Assembly (NCBI GenBank): GCA_965199855.1
Contig: OZ241326.1
Location: 1,216,001-1,280,000, forward strand
DNA from: a bacterium
Lineage (GTDB): Bacteria; UBA8248
Direction of reading: 5' to 3'
DNA: 64,000 bases
Part shown: one piece after another, positions 51,280-62,062 of the stretch
Numbering within the stretch: position 1 is the stretch's first letter
Layout of the letters: each line of letters opens with the position of its first letter
The notes under the pieces: model-generated
Told to the model about the DNA's origin: nothing
The model's database searches: none
The model's input: only the letters and a program-made list of their open reading frames with translations
Translations under genes and position numbers: made by a program

Positions 51280-52104
51280 ATGAGGACCGGGATTCACCCC
51301 GAACTGTTCGAGTGCCGCGTCTCCTGCAGCGGCTGCGGCGCGGAGTTCGCCACCTTCACCACGCGAAGCGAAATTCGCGTGGAGGTCTGCTCGCAGTGCC
51401 ACCCCTTCTTCACCGGCAAGCAGGCGCGCATCGTGGACACCGAGGGCCGCGTGGAGAAGTTCATCCGCAAGTTCGAGGGCAAGGAGGCGCGGGTCTCGAA
51501 GCGCAAGAGAAAGCAGGCCGCCGCCGCGACCGAGCGGGCGGCGATGGAGGAGCGCGAGGCGCGCCTCGCCGCCGAGAAGGAGGCGGAGGAGAAGGCCCGC
51601 AGGGAAGAAGCGAGAAGGAAGCGCGCCGAGGAGCGCGCCGCCAGAAAGGCGGCTCAGGAGCGGGAGGAGGAAGCCGCGGGTGCTCCCGAAGCCGGGGCCG
51701 TCTCCCCTGAACCGGAAGCCGCGCCCGTTGCGGCGGAGACCCCGCCCGACCCGCCGCCCGCGCCTCAAGCCGCCGGGGAAGACGCCGGCGGCGCGTATGC
51801 GATGGTTGATGAGGAATTGAAAAAGATAGCGAAAGCAGGAAAAACGGCCTATTACAGCGATATCGCTCCCCTTGCTGGGTTAGCTCCGGACTCGAAGGAA
51901 TTCAGGATTATCCTTACGAGGATTTCCCGAGATGAGCATAAGGCGGGCCGGCCCCTTTTGTCGGTGGTTGTTGTAGGAACAGACAAAGGGATTCCTGGAC
52001 CGGGCTTTTTCACTCTCGCCAAAGAATTGGGGCTGATGCAAGGGGAAGATCAGAAAGCCTTTTTTGAGGAAGAGCTCAAGAAAGTCCACGAGCAATGGCG
52101 TTGA
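51280..52104 (+). CDS. rpmE: 50S ribosomal protein L31 with long tether and extra C-terminal domain (274 aa)
   Basis: [32 protein letters not shown]; rho-rpmE-prfA synteny; no stop until 52104. Confidence 0.9.
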   Translation: MRTGIHPELFECRVSCSGCGAEFATFTTRSEIRVEVCSQCHPFFTGKQARIVDTEGRVEKFIRKFEGKEARVSKRKRKQAAAATERAAMEEREARLAAEKEAEEKARREEARRKRAEERAARKAAQEREEEAAGAPEAGAVSPEPEAAPVAAETPPDPPPAPQAAGEDAGGAYAMVDEELKKIAKAGKTAYYSDIAPLAGLAPDSKEFRIILTRISRDEHKAGRPLLSVVVVGTDKGIPGPGFFTLAKELGLMQGEDQKAFFEEELKKVHEQWR

Positions 52105-52182
52105 GCCCGCAAGTCCCGGGGGTTGCTGTTTTCCGCTAGCCATCGCCGCGCCGCTCCCTCCCCCCTCCGCCGGTTGGCTCCC

Positions 52183-53270
<1,088 letters not shown>

Positions 53271-53274
<4 letters not shown>

Positions 53275-54179
53275 CGCCCCCCGCTTCCGCGGCGCGAGGC
53301 GCATCGGAGGCGACGGCGGGCGCGCTCCTCTCCCGCCTGCGGGAGCGGCTCGCGGCGGCCGGTGCGGACGCCCCCGCGCTGGACGCGCGGCTCATCCTGG
53401 AGAGGGCGCTCGGCCGCCGCGGCGCGCACCTCCACGCCCATCCCGAAAAGGCGGTCTCCGCCTCCGCGCTCGCGCGTGCCGAGGCGCTGGCGCGCAGGAG
53501 AATCGCCCGCGAGCCGATGGCCTACATCGCCGGCGAGAAGGAGTTCTGGTCGATGCCCTTTCTCGTCTCGCCGGACGCGCTGATTCCCCGGCCGGAGTCG
53601 GAGCTGCTCGTCGAGCGCGCGCGGGCGGCGCTGAGAGGCAAGCGGACGCCGCGCGCGCTCGACCTCGGCGCGGGAAGCGGCGCGGTGGGGCTGGCGATCG
53701 CGCGCGAGCTGCCGGGCGCCTCGGTCTTCCTGCTCGACGTCTGCCCGAAGGCGCTCGGGCTGGCGGGGCGGAACGCGCGCAGGCTCGGCCTGGCGGGACG
53801 GACGAGGCTTCTGGCCTCCGATTTGTTCGGCGGCCTGGCCGGAGGGCGCGGCCCCGCCCGGGGCGCGCGGTTCGACCTCATCGCGTCGAACCCGCCCTAC
53901 GTGCGAACGGGCGAGCTGGAGAGGCTGCCGCCCGAGATTTCCTCCTTCGAGCCGCGCCTCGCCCTGGACGGCGGCGCGGACGGGATGCGCCTCATCCGGC
54001 GAATCATCGAGGAGGCGCCCGCGCGTCTGGCGCGCGGGGGCTTCCTCCTGGTGGAGATGGCGCCGGATCAGATGGCGGAGGCGGTGGATTTGTCCGCGGA
54101 ACGGGGGGATTATTCCGGGGCGGCGCGCCGCCGGGACCTCGCCGGGCGCGAGAGGGTTCTCGAACTTCAGAGGGCGTGA
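53271..54179 (+). CDS. prmC: release factor glutamine methyltransferase
   Basis: EPMAYI, LIPRPE, DLGAGSG, SNPPY. Confidence 0.95.
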
Positions 54180-54182
54180 GCG

Positions 54183-55445
54183 GTGGAGCAGCTTCGGATT
54201 CGGGGGGGCAGGCCGCTTCGGGGGGAGACCGGGGCGTCCGGCTCGAAGAACGCTTCCCTGCCGATGCTGGCCGCGGCGCTTCTGGCCGGGGGCGTGAGCC
54301 GCGCGCGGCGGATTCCCGAGCTGAGCGACACGAACACCATTCTGCGGCTTCTGGCGGAGTTCGGGGTCGAGACGCGGCGGGAGGCGCCCGGCCGCGTCCG
54401 CCTGGACGCCTCGAACGTCACCGGCGGCGTCGCGCCCTACGAGCTGGTGCAGCCGATGCGCGCCTCCATCCTGGTGCTGGGGCCGCTGCTCGCGCGCTTC
54501 GGCCGCGCCCGCGTCTCCCTGCCGGGCGGCTGCGCCATCGGGGCGCGGCCCATCGATCAGCACCTGAAGGGGCTGCGCGCGATGGGGGCGGAGGTCGGCG
54601 TGGAGCGCGGCTACATCCAGGCCAGCGCGCGGAAGCTCAGGGGGGCGCGCATCGCCTTCGACCTCGCGACGGTGACGGGGACGATGAACCTGATGATGGC
54701 GGCCGCTCTGGCGAAGGGCGTCACCGTTCTCGAGAACGCCGCGCTCGAGCCGGAGGTTTCGACCCTCGCGGACCTGCTGAACGGCATGGGCGCGCGGGTG
54801 AGCGGGGCGGGCGCGCCCGTCATCGAAATCGAGGGGGTGGACGCGCTCGGGGGATACGACGCGGCGGCGCCTCCGGACCGCATCGAGACGGGCACCCTGA
54901 TGATCGCGGCGGCCATCACGGGAGGCTCGCTCAAAATCGCGGACTGCGAGCCGGCGCAGGTGCGCGCCCTCACGCGCAAGCTCGCCGAGGCCGGCGTGGA
55001 GGTTTCGGAGGGGGAGGACTGGGTGCGCGCGCGCGGCGCGGGCGCGGCGGCGCCCGTGAGCGTCAAGACGGCGCCCTATCCGGGATTTCCCACGGATCTC
55101 CAGGCGCAGTTCATGGCGCTGATGACGCTGGCGCGGGGAAGCTCCGTGATCACGGAGACCATTTTCGAGAACCGCTTCATGCACGCCGCCGAGCTTTCGA
55201 GGATGAACGCGCGGATTCACCTCGACGGCCGGACGGCGCGCGTCGAGGGCGTGGAGCGCCTCGCCGGCGCTTCGGTGATGGCGACCGACCTGCGGGCGAG
55301 CGCCTCGCTCGTCCTGGCGGGCCTGGCGGCGCAGGGGGAGACCATCGTCCGCGGGGTGGGGCACATCGACAGGGGATACCAGTGCCTCGAGGAGAAGCTG
55401 CGGAGCCTCGGCGCGGACATCGAGCGCGAATCGGAGCCGCGATGA
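54183..55445 (+). CDS. murA: UDP-N-acetylglucosamine 1-carboxyvinyltransferase
   Basis: [33 protein letters not shown]. Confidence 0.97.
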   Translation: MEQLRIRGGRPLRGETGASGSKNASLPMLAAALLAGGVSRARRIPELSDTNTILRLLAEFGVETRREAPGRVRLDASNVTGGVAPYELVQPMRASILVLGPLLARFGRARVSLPGGCAIGARPIDQHLKGLRAMGAEVGVERGYIQASARKLRGARIAFDLATVTGTMNLMMAAALAKGVTVLENAALEPEVSTLADLLNGMGARVSGAGAPVIEIEGVDALGGYDAAAPPDRIETGTLMIAAAITGGSLKIADCEPAQVRALTRKLAEAGVEVSEGEDWVRARGAGAAAPVSVKTAPYPGFPTDLQAQFMALMTLARGSSVITETIFENRFMHAAELSRMNARIHLDGRTARVEGVERLAGASVMATDLRASASLVLAGLAAQGETIVRGVGHIDRGYQCLEEKLRSLGADIERESEPR

Positions 55446-56152
55446 AGGAGAGCCGCGGGAGGGAACTGACGATCGCCCTGCCCAAGGGGAGAATCTTCGG
55501 CGAGGCCGCGGCGCGTCTGGCGAAGGCGGGGATGCTCTCGGCGCCGGTTTCGGAGAAATCCCGAAAACTCATCCTCCGCGACGCGAAGACGGGCGTCCGC
55601 GTCCTCATTCTGAGGAATCACGACGTGCCCATCTACGTGGAGCGCGGCGCCGCCGATTTGGGAATCATCGGCCGCGACGTGCTGCTCGAGCAGGGCAGGG
55701 ACGTCTATGAGCCTCTGGATTTGAAGATGGCGCCGTGCCGCCTCATGGTCGCGGCGCCGGAGGGGGTGGAATGGCGCGACCTCGCCGGACGCGCCTCGCT
55801 GCGCGTGGCGACGAAGTTTCCGGTCATCACGGCCGGGTTTTTCGAGCGCATGGGGGTTCAGGCGCGCGTCGTCCGCCTCTACGGAAACGTGGAGATCGCC
55901 CCCGCCCTGGGGGTGGCGGACGCGGTCGTGGACCTGGTGGACACCGGCGGAACGCTGCGGGCGAACGGCCTGGCGCCGGTTCGGGAGATTTTCAGCGCGA
56001 CGGCGCGGCTCATCGCCAACCGCGCGAGCCTCAAGACGAACTACGAGAAGGTGAGCGAGGCGATAGAGCGGTTCCGGCGGGCGATTCCCGCCGCCGGCGG
56101 CAGCCGCGCCCGGCGGGGCGCCGGCCCCTCGCCCCGGAGGAAAAAGGCGTGA
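55442..56152 (+). CDS. hisG: ATP phosphoribosyltransferase (short form)
   Basis: IALPKGR, DLGIIG.DVLLE, VATKF, VDLVDTGGTLRANGL. Confidence 0.95.
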   Translation: MKESRGRELTIALPKGRIFGEAAARLAKAGMLSAPVSEKSRKLILRDAKTGVRVLILRNHDVPIYVERGAADLGIIGRDVLLEQGRDVYEPLDLKMAPCRLMVAAPEGVEWRDLAGRASLRVATKFPVITAGFFERMGVQARVVRLYGNVEIAPALGVADAVVDLVDTGGTLRANGLAPVREIFSATARLIANRASLKTNYEKVSEAIERFRRAIPAAGGSRARRGAGPSPRRKKA

Positions 56153-56221
56153 GTCGCCGGGAGACGGCGGGGGGCGGCGGCGCGCGCGTCTCCTTGGGCG
56201 GCGCCCGCGCGAGGAGAAGGC

Positions 56222-57553
56222 GTGCGGCGCGTTAGGTGCGGCCAGGAGAATTTCGACGCCGAGATCGAGCGGCTCTCCCGGAGCGGGGCGGACGCGCTCT
56301 CGGACGCGGAGCCGGCCGTCCGCGCGATCGTCGAGCGCGTGCGCGAGGGCGGCGACGCCGCCCTCATCGAGTTGACGCGCGAGCTGGACGGCGTCTCCCT
56401 GGAGGAGGCGGGATTCTGGGTCGGCGAGGAGGAGATGGCGCGGGCGGCCGCGGCGCTGCCGCCGGAGACGCTCGACGCCCTCGAGCTCGCCGCCGGGCGG
56501 ATTCGCGCGTTTCACGAAGCCCAGGTTCCGCGGAGAATCACGCTGGAGCCCGCCTCCGGCGAGCGGCTCTCCCTCATCCCCGCCCCGCTCGCGCGCGTGG
56601 GACTGTACGCGCCGGGGGGGACGGCGGCCTATCCCTCCACCGTGCTGATGAACGCGATTCCCGCGCGCGCCGCGGGCGTGGAGGAGCTGGTTCTGTGCGT
56701 CCCGCCGGGGGCGGACGGACGGGTTCCCGACGCCGCGCTGGCGGCGGCCTCCCTGGCGGGTCTCTCGCGCGTCGCGCGCGTGGGCGGGGCGCAGGCGGTC
56801 GCCGCCATGGCCTACGGAACCGAGAGCGTCCCCCGGGTGGACAAGATCGCGGGGCCGGGCGGCGTCCATGTCGCCGCCGCCAAGCGCGTCGTTCGCGGGG
56901 AGGTGGAAATCGACAAGGAGGCGGGACCGAGCGAGGTGGTCGTCCTGCTGGACGATCCCGCGCTCGCGGAGTGGGCGGCGGCGGACCTCCTCGCCCAGGC
57001 CGAGCACGACGCGCGCGCCATGGCGGTGGGCGTCTGCGTGGGAGAGGCGGCGGCGGACGCCCTGCTCCGGGAGGTGGAGCGCCAGCTGCGCCTCATGGGG
57101 AGGCGCGAGGCGGCCTCCCGCGCGCTCGGGAGCCGGGGCGCCGTCATCGAGGCGCGCTCGCGCGAGGAGGCGCTGGAGGCGGCGGAGAGGCTCGCGCCCG
57201 AGCATCTGGAGATACTGCTGGAGGACGCAGAGGAGGCCGCCGCCGGGGTTCGCCGCGCCGGCGCCGTGTTCTGCGGGCCGTGGAGTCCCGCGGCCCTGGG
57301 CGACTACCTCGCCGGCCCGAACCACGTACTTCCCACCGGCGGCGCGGCGCGCTTCGCCTCTCCGCTGGGGGTCCATGACTTCATCAAATGGCGGAGCGAG
57401 GCGCGCTTCGACGCGGCCGCCGCCGCCCGGCTCGCCGCGCCCGCGGCGCGGCTCGCCGATCTCGAGGGCCTGCCCGCCCACGCGCGCGCCCTGCGCCTGC
57501 GGCTCGCCGCGCCCCGCGGGGACGCTGGCGGGGCGGGAGCGGATCAAGCATAA
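56222..57553 (+). CDS. hisD: histidinol dehydrogenase
   Basis: YAPGG, GGAQA, AGPSE, QAEHD, APEHL, GDYLAGPNHVLPT. Confidence 0.95.
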   Translation: MRRVRCGQENFDAEIERLSRSGADALSDAEPAVRAIVERVREGGDAALIELTRELDGVSLEEAGFWVGEEEMARAAAALPPETLDALELAAGRIRAFHEAQVPRRITLEPASGERLSLIPAPLARVGLYAPGGTAAYPSTVLMNAIPARAAGVEELVLCVPPGADGRVPDAALAAASLAGLSRVARVGGAQAVAAMAYGTESVPRVDKIAGPGGVHVAAAKRVVRGEVEIDKEAGPSEVVVLLDDPALAEWAAADLLAQAEHDARAMAVGVCVGEAAADALLREVERQLRLMGRREAASRALGSRGAVIEARSREEALEAAERLAPEHLEILLEDAEEAAAGVRRAGAVFCGPWSPAALGDYLAGPNHVLPTGGAARFASPLGVHDFIKWRSEARFDAAAAARLAAPAARLADLEGLPAHARALRLRLAAPRGDAGGAGADQA

Positions 57554-57598
57554 TCGGCGGCGCCGGAATCGTCCGCCCCATCCGCCGGGAGAGAGAAG

Positions 57599-58201
57599 GT
57601 GGCCTCGGAACCCAGGCCCAGACGCGCGCGCGCGAGCCGCAGGACGAAGGAGACCGACTTCTCCGTCTCGGTGAACCTCGACGGCGCGGGCGAGGCGAAA
57701 ATCGACACGGGAATCGGCTTTTTCGACCACATGCTCGCCCAGATCGCCCGCCACGCGCTGGTGGACGTCTCCGTTCGGGGCAGGGGCGACCTCGAGGTGG
57801 ACGCCCACCACACGGTGGAGGACGTGGGCATCCTCTTCGGCCAGGCGCTGTCGAAGGCGCTGGGCGACCGGGCGGGCATCGTCCGCTACGCCGACGCGCG
57901 CCTGCCCATGATGGACGCCCTCGTTCAGGTGGCGGCGGATTTCGGCGGCAGGGGAAACCTCGTGTTCCGGGGAACGTTTCCCGAGGCGCGAATCGGCGGC
58001 TTCGACGCCGCCCTCGCGCGCGAGTTCTTCTGGTCGGCGGCTACGCACGGCGGCATAGACCTCCACGTCGAGGTCCGCTACGGGGAGAACAGCCACCACA
58101 TGGTGGAGGCCGTCTTCAAGGGCTTCGCGCGCGCGTTGCGGGCGGGGGTCGCCCTCGACCCCCGGGGCGCGGGGATTCCCAGCACGAAGGGCGTTTTGTA
58201 G
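57599..58201 (+). CDS. hisB: imidazoleglycerol-phosphate dehydratase
   Basis: FFDHML, DAHHTVED, NSHHMVE, PSTKGVL. Confidence 0.96.
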   Translation: MASEPRPRRARASRRTKETDFSVSVNLDGAGEAKIDTGIGFFDHMLAQIARHALVDVSVRGRGDLEVDAHHTVEDVGILFGQALSKALGDRAGIVRYADARLPMMDALVQVAADFGGRGNLVFRGTFPEARIGGFDAALAREFFWSAATHGGIDLHVEVRYGENSHHMVEAVFKGFARALRAGVALDPRGAGIPSTKGVL

Positions 58202-58243
58202 AAAAAAAATTCTTTCGGGACTCACCGGCATGGCGGGAGGAGA

Positions 58244-58918
58244 ATGGGCGGCGAAATCGTCGTGATCGACTACGGCATGGGCAACGTCCTGAGCGTGGGG
58301 AACGCCTTGCGGAAAATCGGCGCCGAGGCGGCGCTGAGCGCCGATCCGGCGGACATCGAGCGGGCGCGGGGCGTCATCCTGCCCGGGGTGGGCGGCTTCC
58401 CCGACTGCATGGGCGCCCTGGAGGCGGCCGGCCTCACCGACCCCCTGCGCCGCGCCATCGGGCGGGGCGTCCCCTATCTGGGAATATGCCTCGGCCTCCA
58501 GATTCTCTTCGAGGAGAGCGAGGAGTTCGGCGCTACGCCGGGCCTGGGGCTGCTGCCCGGGCGCGTGCGGCGCTTTCCCGAAGGGATGACGGAAAACGGC
58601 GGCGCGCCGCCCCTCAAGGTTCCCCACATGGGCTGGAACCGGCCCCGGCTTCACGGCTCCTCCCCGCTGCTGGAGGACGTGCCGCCGGGGGCGCGCTTCT
58701 ACTTCGCGCACTCCTACTACGCGGAGCCCTCCGGGGCCGCGCGCCCCTGGATCGCGGCGACCTGCGAGTTCGGCGTTCCCTTCATCGCCAGCGTCCGCAA
58801 GGGCAGCCTCTTCGCCACCCAGTTCCACCCAGAGAAAAGCGGCGCGCCCGGCCTGGGGGTCTTGAGGAAGTTCGCCGACATCTGCCGCGCGGGCGCGAAA
58901 GGTTTTTCGCCTTCGTAG
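58244..58918 (+). CDS. hisH: imidazole glycerol phosphate synthase glutaminase subunit
   Basis: DYGMGN, LPGVG, GICLG, VPHMGWN, QFHPEKS. Confidence 0.96.
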   Translation: MGGEIVVIDYGMGNVLSVGNALRKIGAEAALSADPADIERARGVILPGVGGFPDCMGALEAAGLTDPLRRAIGRGVPYLGICLGLQILFEESEEFGATPGLGLLPGRVRRFPEGMTENGGAPPLKVPHMGWNRPRLHGSSPLLEDVPPGARFYFAHSYYAEPSGAARPWIAATCEFGVPFIASVRKGSLFATQFHPEKSGAPGLGVLRKFADICRAGAKGFSPS

Positions 58919-59329
58919 GGGCGGTTCGGGAACCGCCCGTTTTGCAAGAAGGATTCGCATCGGAGGCGGCGGGTGGTTCACGGACGACCCCTACGGAAGA
59001 TTTTTCGCGCCTCGGCGGGATATGAACCCGGCGCGGACAACCCCCTATGGTTGTCCCTACGATCGGCATTACGACCCGGAACGGGGCGCATGAATGGAAG
59101 CGCTCTCGCTCTTCACCTGGCAAACCGTCGCCGCCCTCGCCCGTAGGGGACGCATTCATGCGTTCCGCGCCGTTCCCGTTGACGGCGATGCGGGCGGGTT
59201 CACGCGCCGCCCGATTTGGAATGGCGGCCGTCAAAAGGGGCCGTAGGGACAACCCTCTGTGGTTGTCCCCGGCTGCCGTCCCCCTTTTCGCCGTCCCTCT
59301 CCTGGATTCCGGCCTTCGCCGGAACGACG
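58915..59329. repeat. cluster of GTAG-family REP palindromes plus one CGTC-family REP
   Basis: palindromes with GTAG/CTAC foot at 58915, 58971-58994, 59035-59060, 59143, 59243; CTGGATTCCGGCCTTCGCCGGAACGACG at 59302. Confidence 0.8.
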
Positions 59330-59498
59330 GCGGGAGTGGAGGTTTTCACGTTTCCGCGAGGGCGGCGCCGAAAGGACGCGCCGCCGGGGGGAGCGCGGCC
59401 GCCGGGGGGAGCTTTTCGCGCGCGTTTGCAATAAAATCCGTTTGGGTTTAAGGAGAGGCGCGGGCGGAGGCGAGGCTCATTCATCTGCGGGGGCGGCG

Positions 59499-60224
59499 GT
59501 GCTTCTCATTCCGGCGGTCGATCTCAGGGGCGGCAGGTGCGTGCGGCTCGTCCAGGGCCGAAAAGAGCGCGAAATCGTCTATGACGGCGACCCGGCGGCG
59601 TGGGCCTCGCGCTGGGCGGAGCAGGGGGCGCGGCGGCTGCACCTCATCGACCTGGACGGCGCCTTCGGCGGCGCGCCCGCCCACCTGGACGTTCTGGCGC
59701 GGGTGGCGGCGGCGGTGGACGCGCCCGTGGAATTCGGCGGCGGCGTGAGGTCGGAGGAATCGCTCGCGGCCGTCCTGGAGGCGGGGGCGCGCTTCGTCAT
59801 CCTGGGAACCAGCGCGCTCAGGGCGCCGGAGTTTCTCGAATCCGCTGCCCGCGCCCATCCCGGACGAATCCTCCTGGGCGTCGACGCCAGGGACGGGCGG
59901 GTGCGAATCGCGGGCTGGGAGGAGGGGAACTCGATCGCCCCCGAGGCTCTGGCGCGCCGCTTCGCCGACCTTCCCCTGGCGGGCGTCGTCTTCACCGACA
60001 TCAGGCGCGACGGCGCGCTGGAGGGCTTCGACCCCGCCCCCGCCGCCGCCCTCGCCGAGGCGTGCGGCCTGCCCGTCATCGCGGCGGGCGGGGTGAGCCG
60101 GCTCGAGGACGTGGAGAAGCTGATTCCCCTGGAGGAGAAGGGCGTCGTGGGCGCGGTCGTGGGGCGCGCCCTGTATGAGGGGACGCTGGACTTCGCCCGC
60201 GCGATGGAGATGCTCTCTTGCTAG
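59499..60224 (+). CDS. hisA: ProFAR isomerase
   Basis: [33 protein letters not shown]. Confidence 0.96.
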   Translation: MLLIPAVDLRGGRCVRLVQGRKEREIVYDGDPAAWASRWAEQGARRLHLIDLDGAFGGAPAHLDVLARVAAAVDAPVEFGGGVRSEESLAAVLEAGARFVILGTSALRAPEFLESAARAHPGRILLGVDARDGRVRIAGWEEGNSIAPEALARRFADLPLAGVVFTDIRRDGALEGFDPAPAAALAEACGLPVIAAGGVSRLEDVEKLIPLEEKGVVGAVVGRALYEGTLDFARAMEMLSC

Positions 60225-60982
60225 CCAGGCGCGTCATCCCCTGCCTCGACGTGAAGGAGGGCCGGGTGGTGAAGGGGGTCAACTTCGAGGGGCTGCGCGA
60301 CGCGGGCGACCCCGTGGAGTGCGCCGCCCACTACGACGAGATGGGGGCGGATGAAATCTGCTTTCTCGACATCACCGCCTCGAAGGAGAAGCGCGGCGCC
60401 CTGCTCGACGTGGTGCGCCGGACGGCCGAGCGGGTGTTCGTGCCGCTCACGGTGGGCGGCGGCGTGCGCGAGGAGGACGACGTGCGCGACCTGCTGCGGG
60501 CGGGGGCGGACAAGGTGAGCATCAACAGCGCGGCGCTCCGGGACCCGGAGGCGCTCAGGCGCTCGGCGGAGCGCTACGGGAGCTCCACCATCGTGTGCGC
60601 CATCGACGCCAAGCGCGTCCGCGGCGACCCGCCCGCGTGGGAGGCGTTCACGCACGGGGGCTCGCGCCCCACGGGCCGCGACGCCGTGGCCTGGGCGGAG
60701 GAGGCGTGCGCGCTGGGCGCGGGCGAGATTCTCCTGACCAGCATGGACAGGGACGGCACCCGGGACGGATACGACCTCGCGCTCACGCGCGCCGTCGCGG
60801 AGCGCGTGGGCGCGCCCGTCATCGCCTCGGGCGGGGTGGGCGGCCTGGAGCATCTATACGAGGGGCTGGCCGAGGGCCGCGCCGACGCCGTTCTGGCCGC
60901 CTCCATCTTTCACTTCGGCGACTACTCGGTCGCGGAGGCGAAAGCCTACCTGCGCGAGCGCGGCGTGGAGGTGCGGCTGTGA
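60218..60982 (+). CDS. hisF: imidazole glycerol phosphate synthase cyclase subunit
   Basis: [27 protein letters not shown]. Confidence 0.97.
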   Translation: MLARRVIPCLDVKEGRVVKGVNFEGLRDAGDPVECAAHYDEMGADEICFLDITASKEKRGALLDVVRRTAERVFVPLTVGGGVREEDDVRDLLRAGADKVSINSAALRDPEALRRSAERYGSSTIVCAIDAKRVRGDPPAWEAFTHGGSRPTGRDAVAWAEEACALGAGEILLTSMDRDGTRDGYDLALTRAVAERVGAPVIASGGVGGLEHLYEGLAEGRADAVLAASIFHFGDYSVAEAKAYLRERGVEVRL

Positions 60983-61653
60983 GCGGCGCGGACTTGCCCG
61001 AGGTGAAATGGAGCGCGGAGGGCCTGGCCCCCGCGATTTGCCAGGACGCGCGCACGGGGCAGGTTCTCGCCCTCGCCTGGGTGAACGAGGAGGCGCTGCG
61101 CCTCACGCTGGAGAAGGGGACGGTCCACTTCTGGTCGCGCTCGCGCGCCGCGCTCTGGCACAAGGGCGAAACCTCGGGAAACTATCTGCGCCTCGTCTCG
61201 GCGCGGCTCGACTGCGACGCGGACGCGCTGGTGTTCCTCGTGGAGCCCGACGGTCCGGCCTGCCACACGAACCGGATGTCGTGCTTCTTCAACGAAATTC
61301 CCGCGCCCGCGCGCGAGGGGAGCGGGGCGGAGCCGTCCTTCGACCAGAACCTGCTCGAGGCGATCTACCGGCTCATCCTGGAGCGGAAAAGCGAGGGCGA
61401 CGCGGACGCGAGCTACGTGGCGCGCCTGTTCGCCGGGGGCGAGGACAGGATTTTGAAGAAGATAGGCGAGGAGGCCACCGAGGTCGTCATGGCCATGAAG
61501 AACGACGACGCGGACGAGATCGTGAGCGAGATGGCGGATTTGTGGTTTCACTCCCTGGTGGGGCTGGCCGCGCGCGACGCGCCGCCCGGCCGGGTTTTCG
61601 CGGAACTCGCCCGCCGGTTCGGGCGGGGGGGCAGGCCCGAATCGGAGAGATAG
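60979..61653 (+). CDS. hisIE: bifunctional phosphoribosyl-AMP cyclohydrolase/phosphoribosyl-ATP pyrophosphatase
   Basis: KGETSGN, DCDAD, ACHT..SCF; [14 protein letters not shown]. Confidence 0.95.
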   Translation: MSGADLPEVKWSAEGLAPAICQDARTGQVLALAWVNEEALRLTLEKGTVHFWSRSRAALWHKGETSGNYLRLVSARLDCDADALVFLVEPDGPACHTNRMSCFFNEIPAPAREGSGAEPSFDQNLLEAIYRLILERKSEGDADASYVARLFAGGEDRILKKIGEEATEVVMAMKNDDADEIVSEMADLWFHSLVGLAARDAPPGRVFAELARRFGRGGRPESER

Positions 61654-61719
61654 GCGCCGCCGCGCCGGGAATCCGGGGAGGCGGCGGATCGCGCCGATGT
61701 TTCATTTTTTTCATTATAT

Positions 61720-61748
61720 TTGACAATTTCGCCCCCGCTTCCTATATT
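61720..61748 (+). promoter_or_regulatory. near-consensus sigma70 promoter upstream of mutS2
   Basis: TTGACA-17 nt-TATATT. Confidence 0.65.
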
Positions 61749-62062
61749 GGCGACTGGCGGCGGGAGAGACGCTCCGCCGCGTGGCGCGGCGTCGGAAGCC
61801 GTTGAATATCAATGAAATGCGGGATGGGGCGGCTCATCCCCCTTGTTTTGTCCACCGCCGTTCGCTTTCGGGATCATCCGGCAGGCGCGGCCGGCCCGAA
61901 AGACGCCGGATGGCCATTTCGCCCGGTCGGCGTTACCGACGGATTCCAGAGAGGTTTTTCGAGAAAACGCCGCCCCGCTTCGAGGCCTGGCGCTTTCGGA
62001 CGGCGCGCGGAAAGCGCGGCGCCTTCGCAATCGTGAAATCGCATATCCTTGGAAGACGCTTG

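Noticed and set aside
57330-57360. hisD LPTGGAARFA resembles HEPN repeat segment LPTGVARFA; a 15-nt match of segment A at 4352-4366; GAGATMKVL versus GLDATMRML
   Set aside because: Short, imperfect matches expected by chance in GC-rich DNA; not sufficient evidence of capture.
55442-61653. hisC and hisZ absent from the his cluster
   Set aside because: Commonly encoded elsewhere; cannot be judged from one window.
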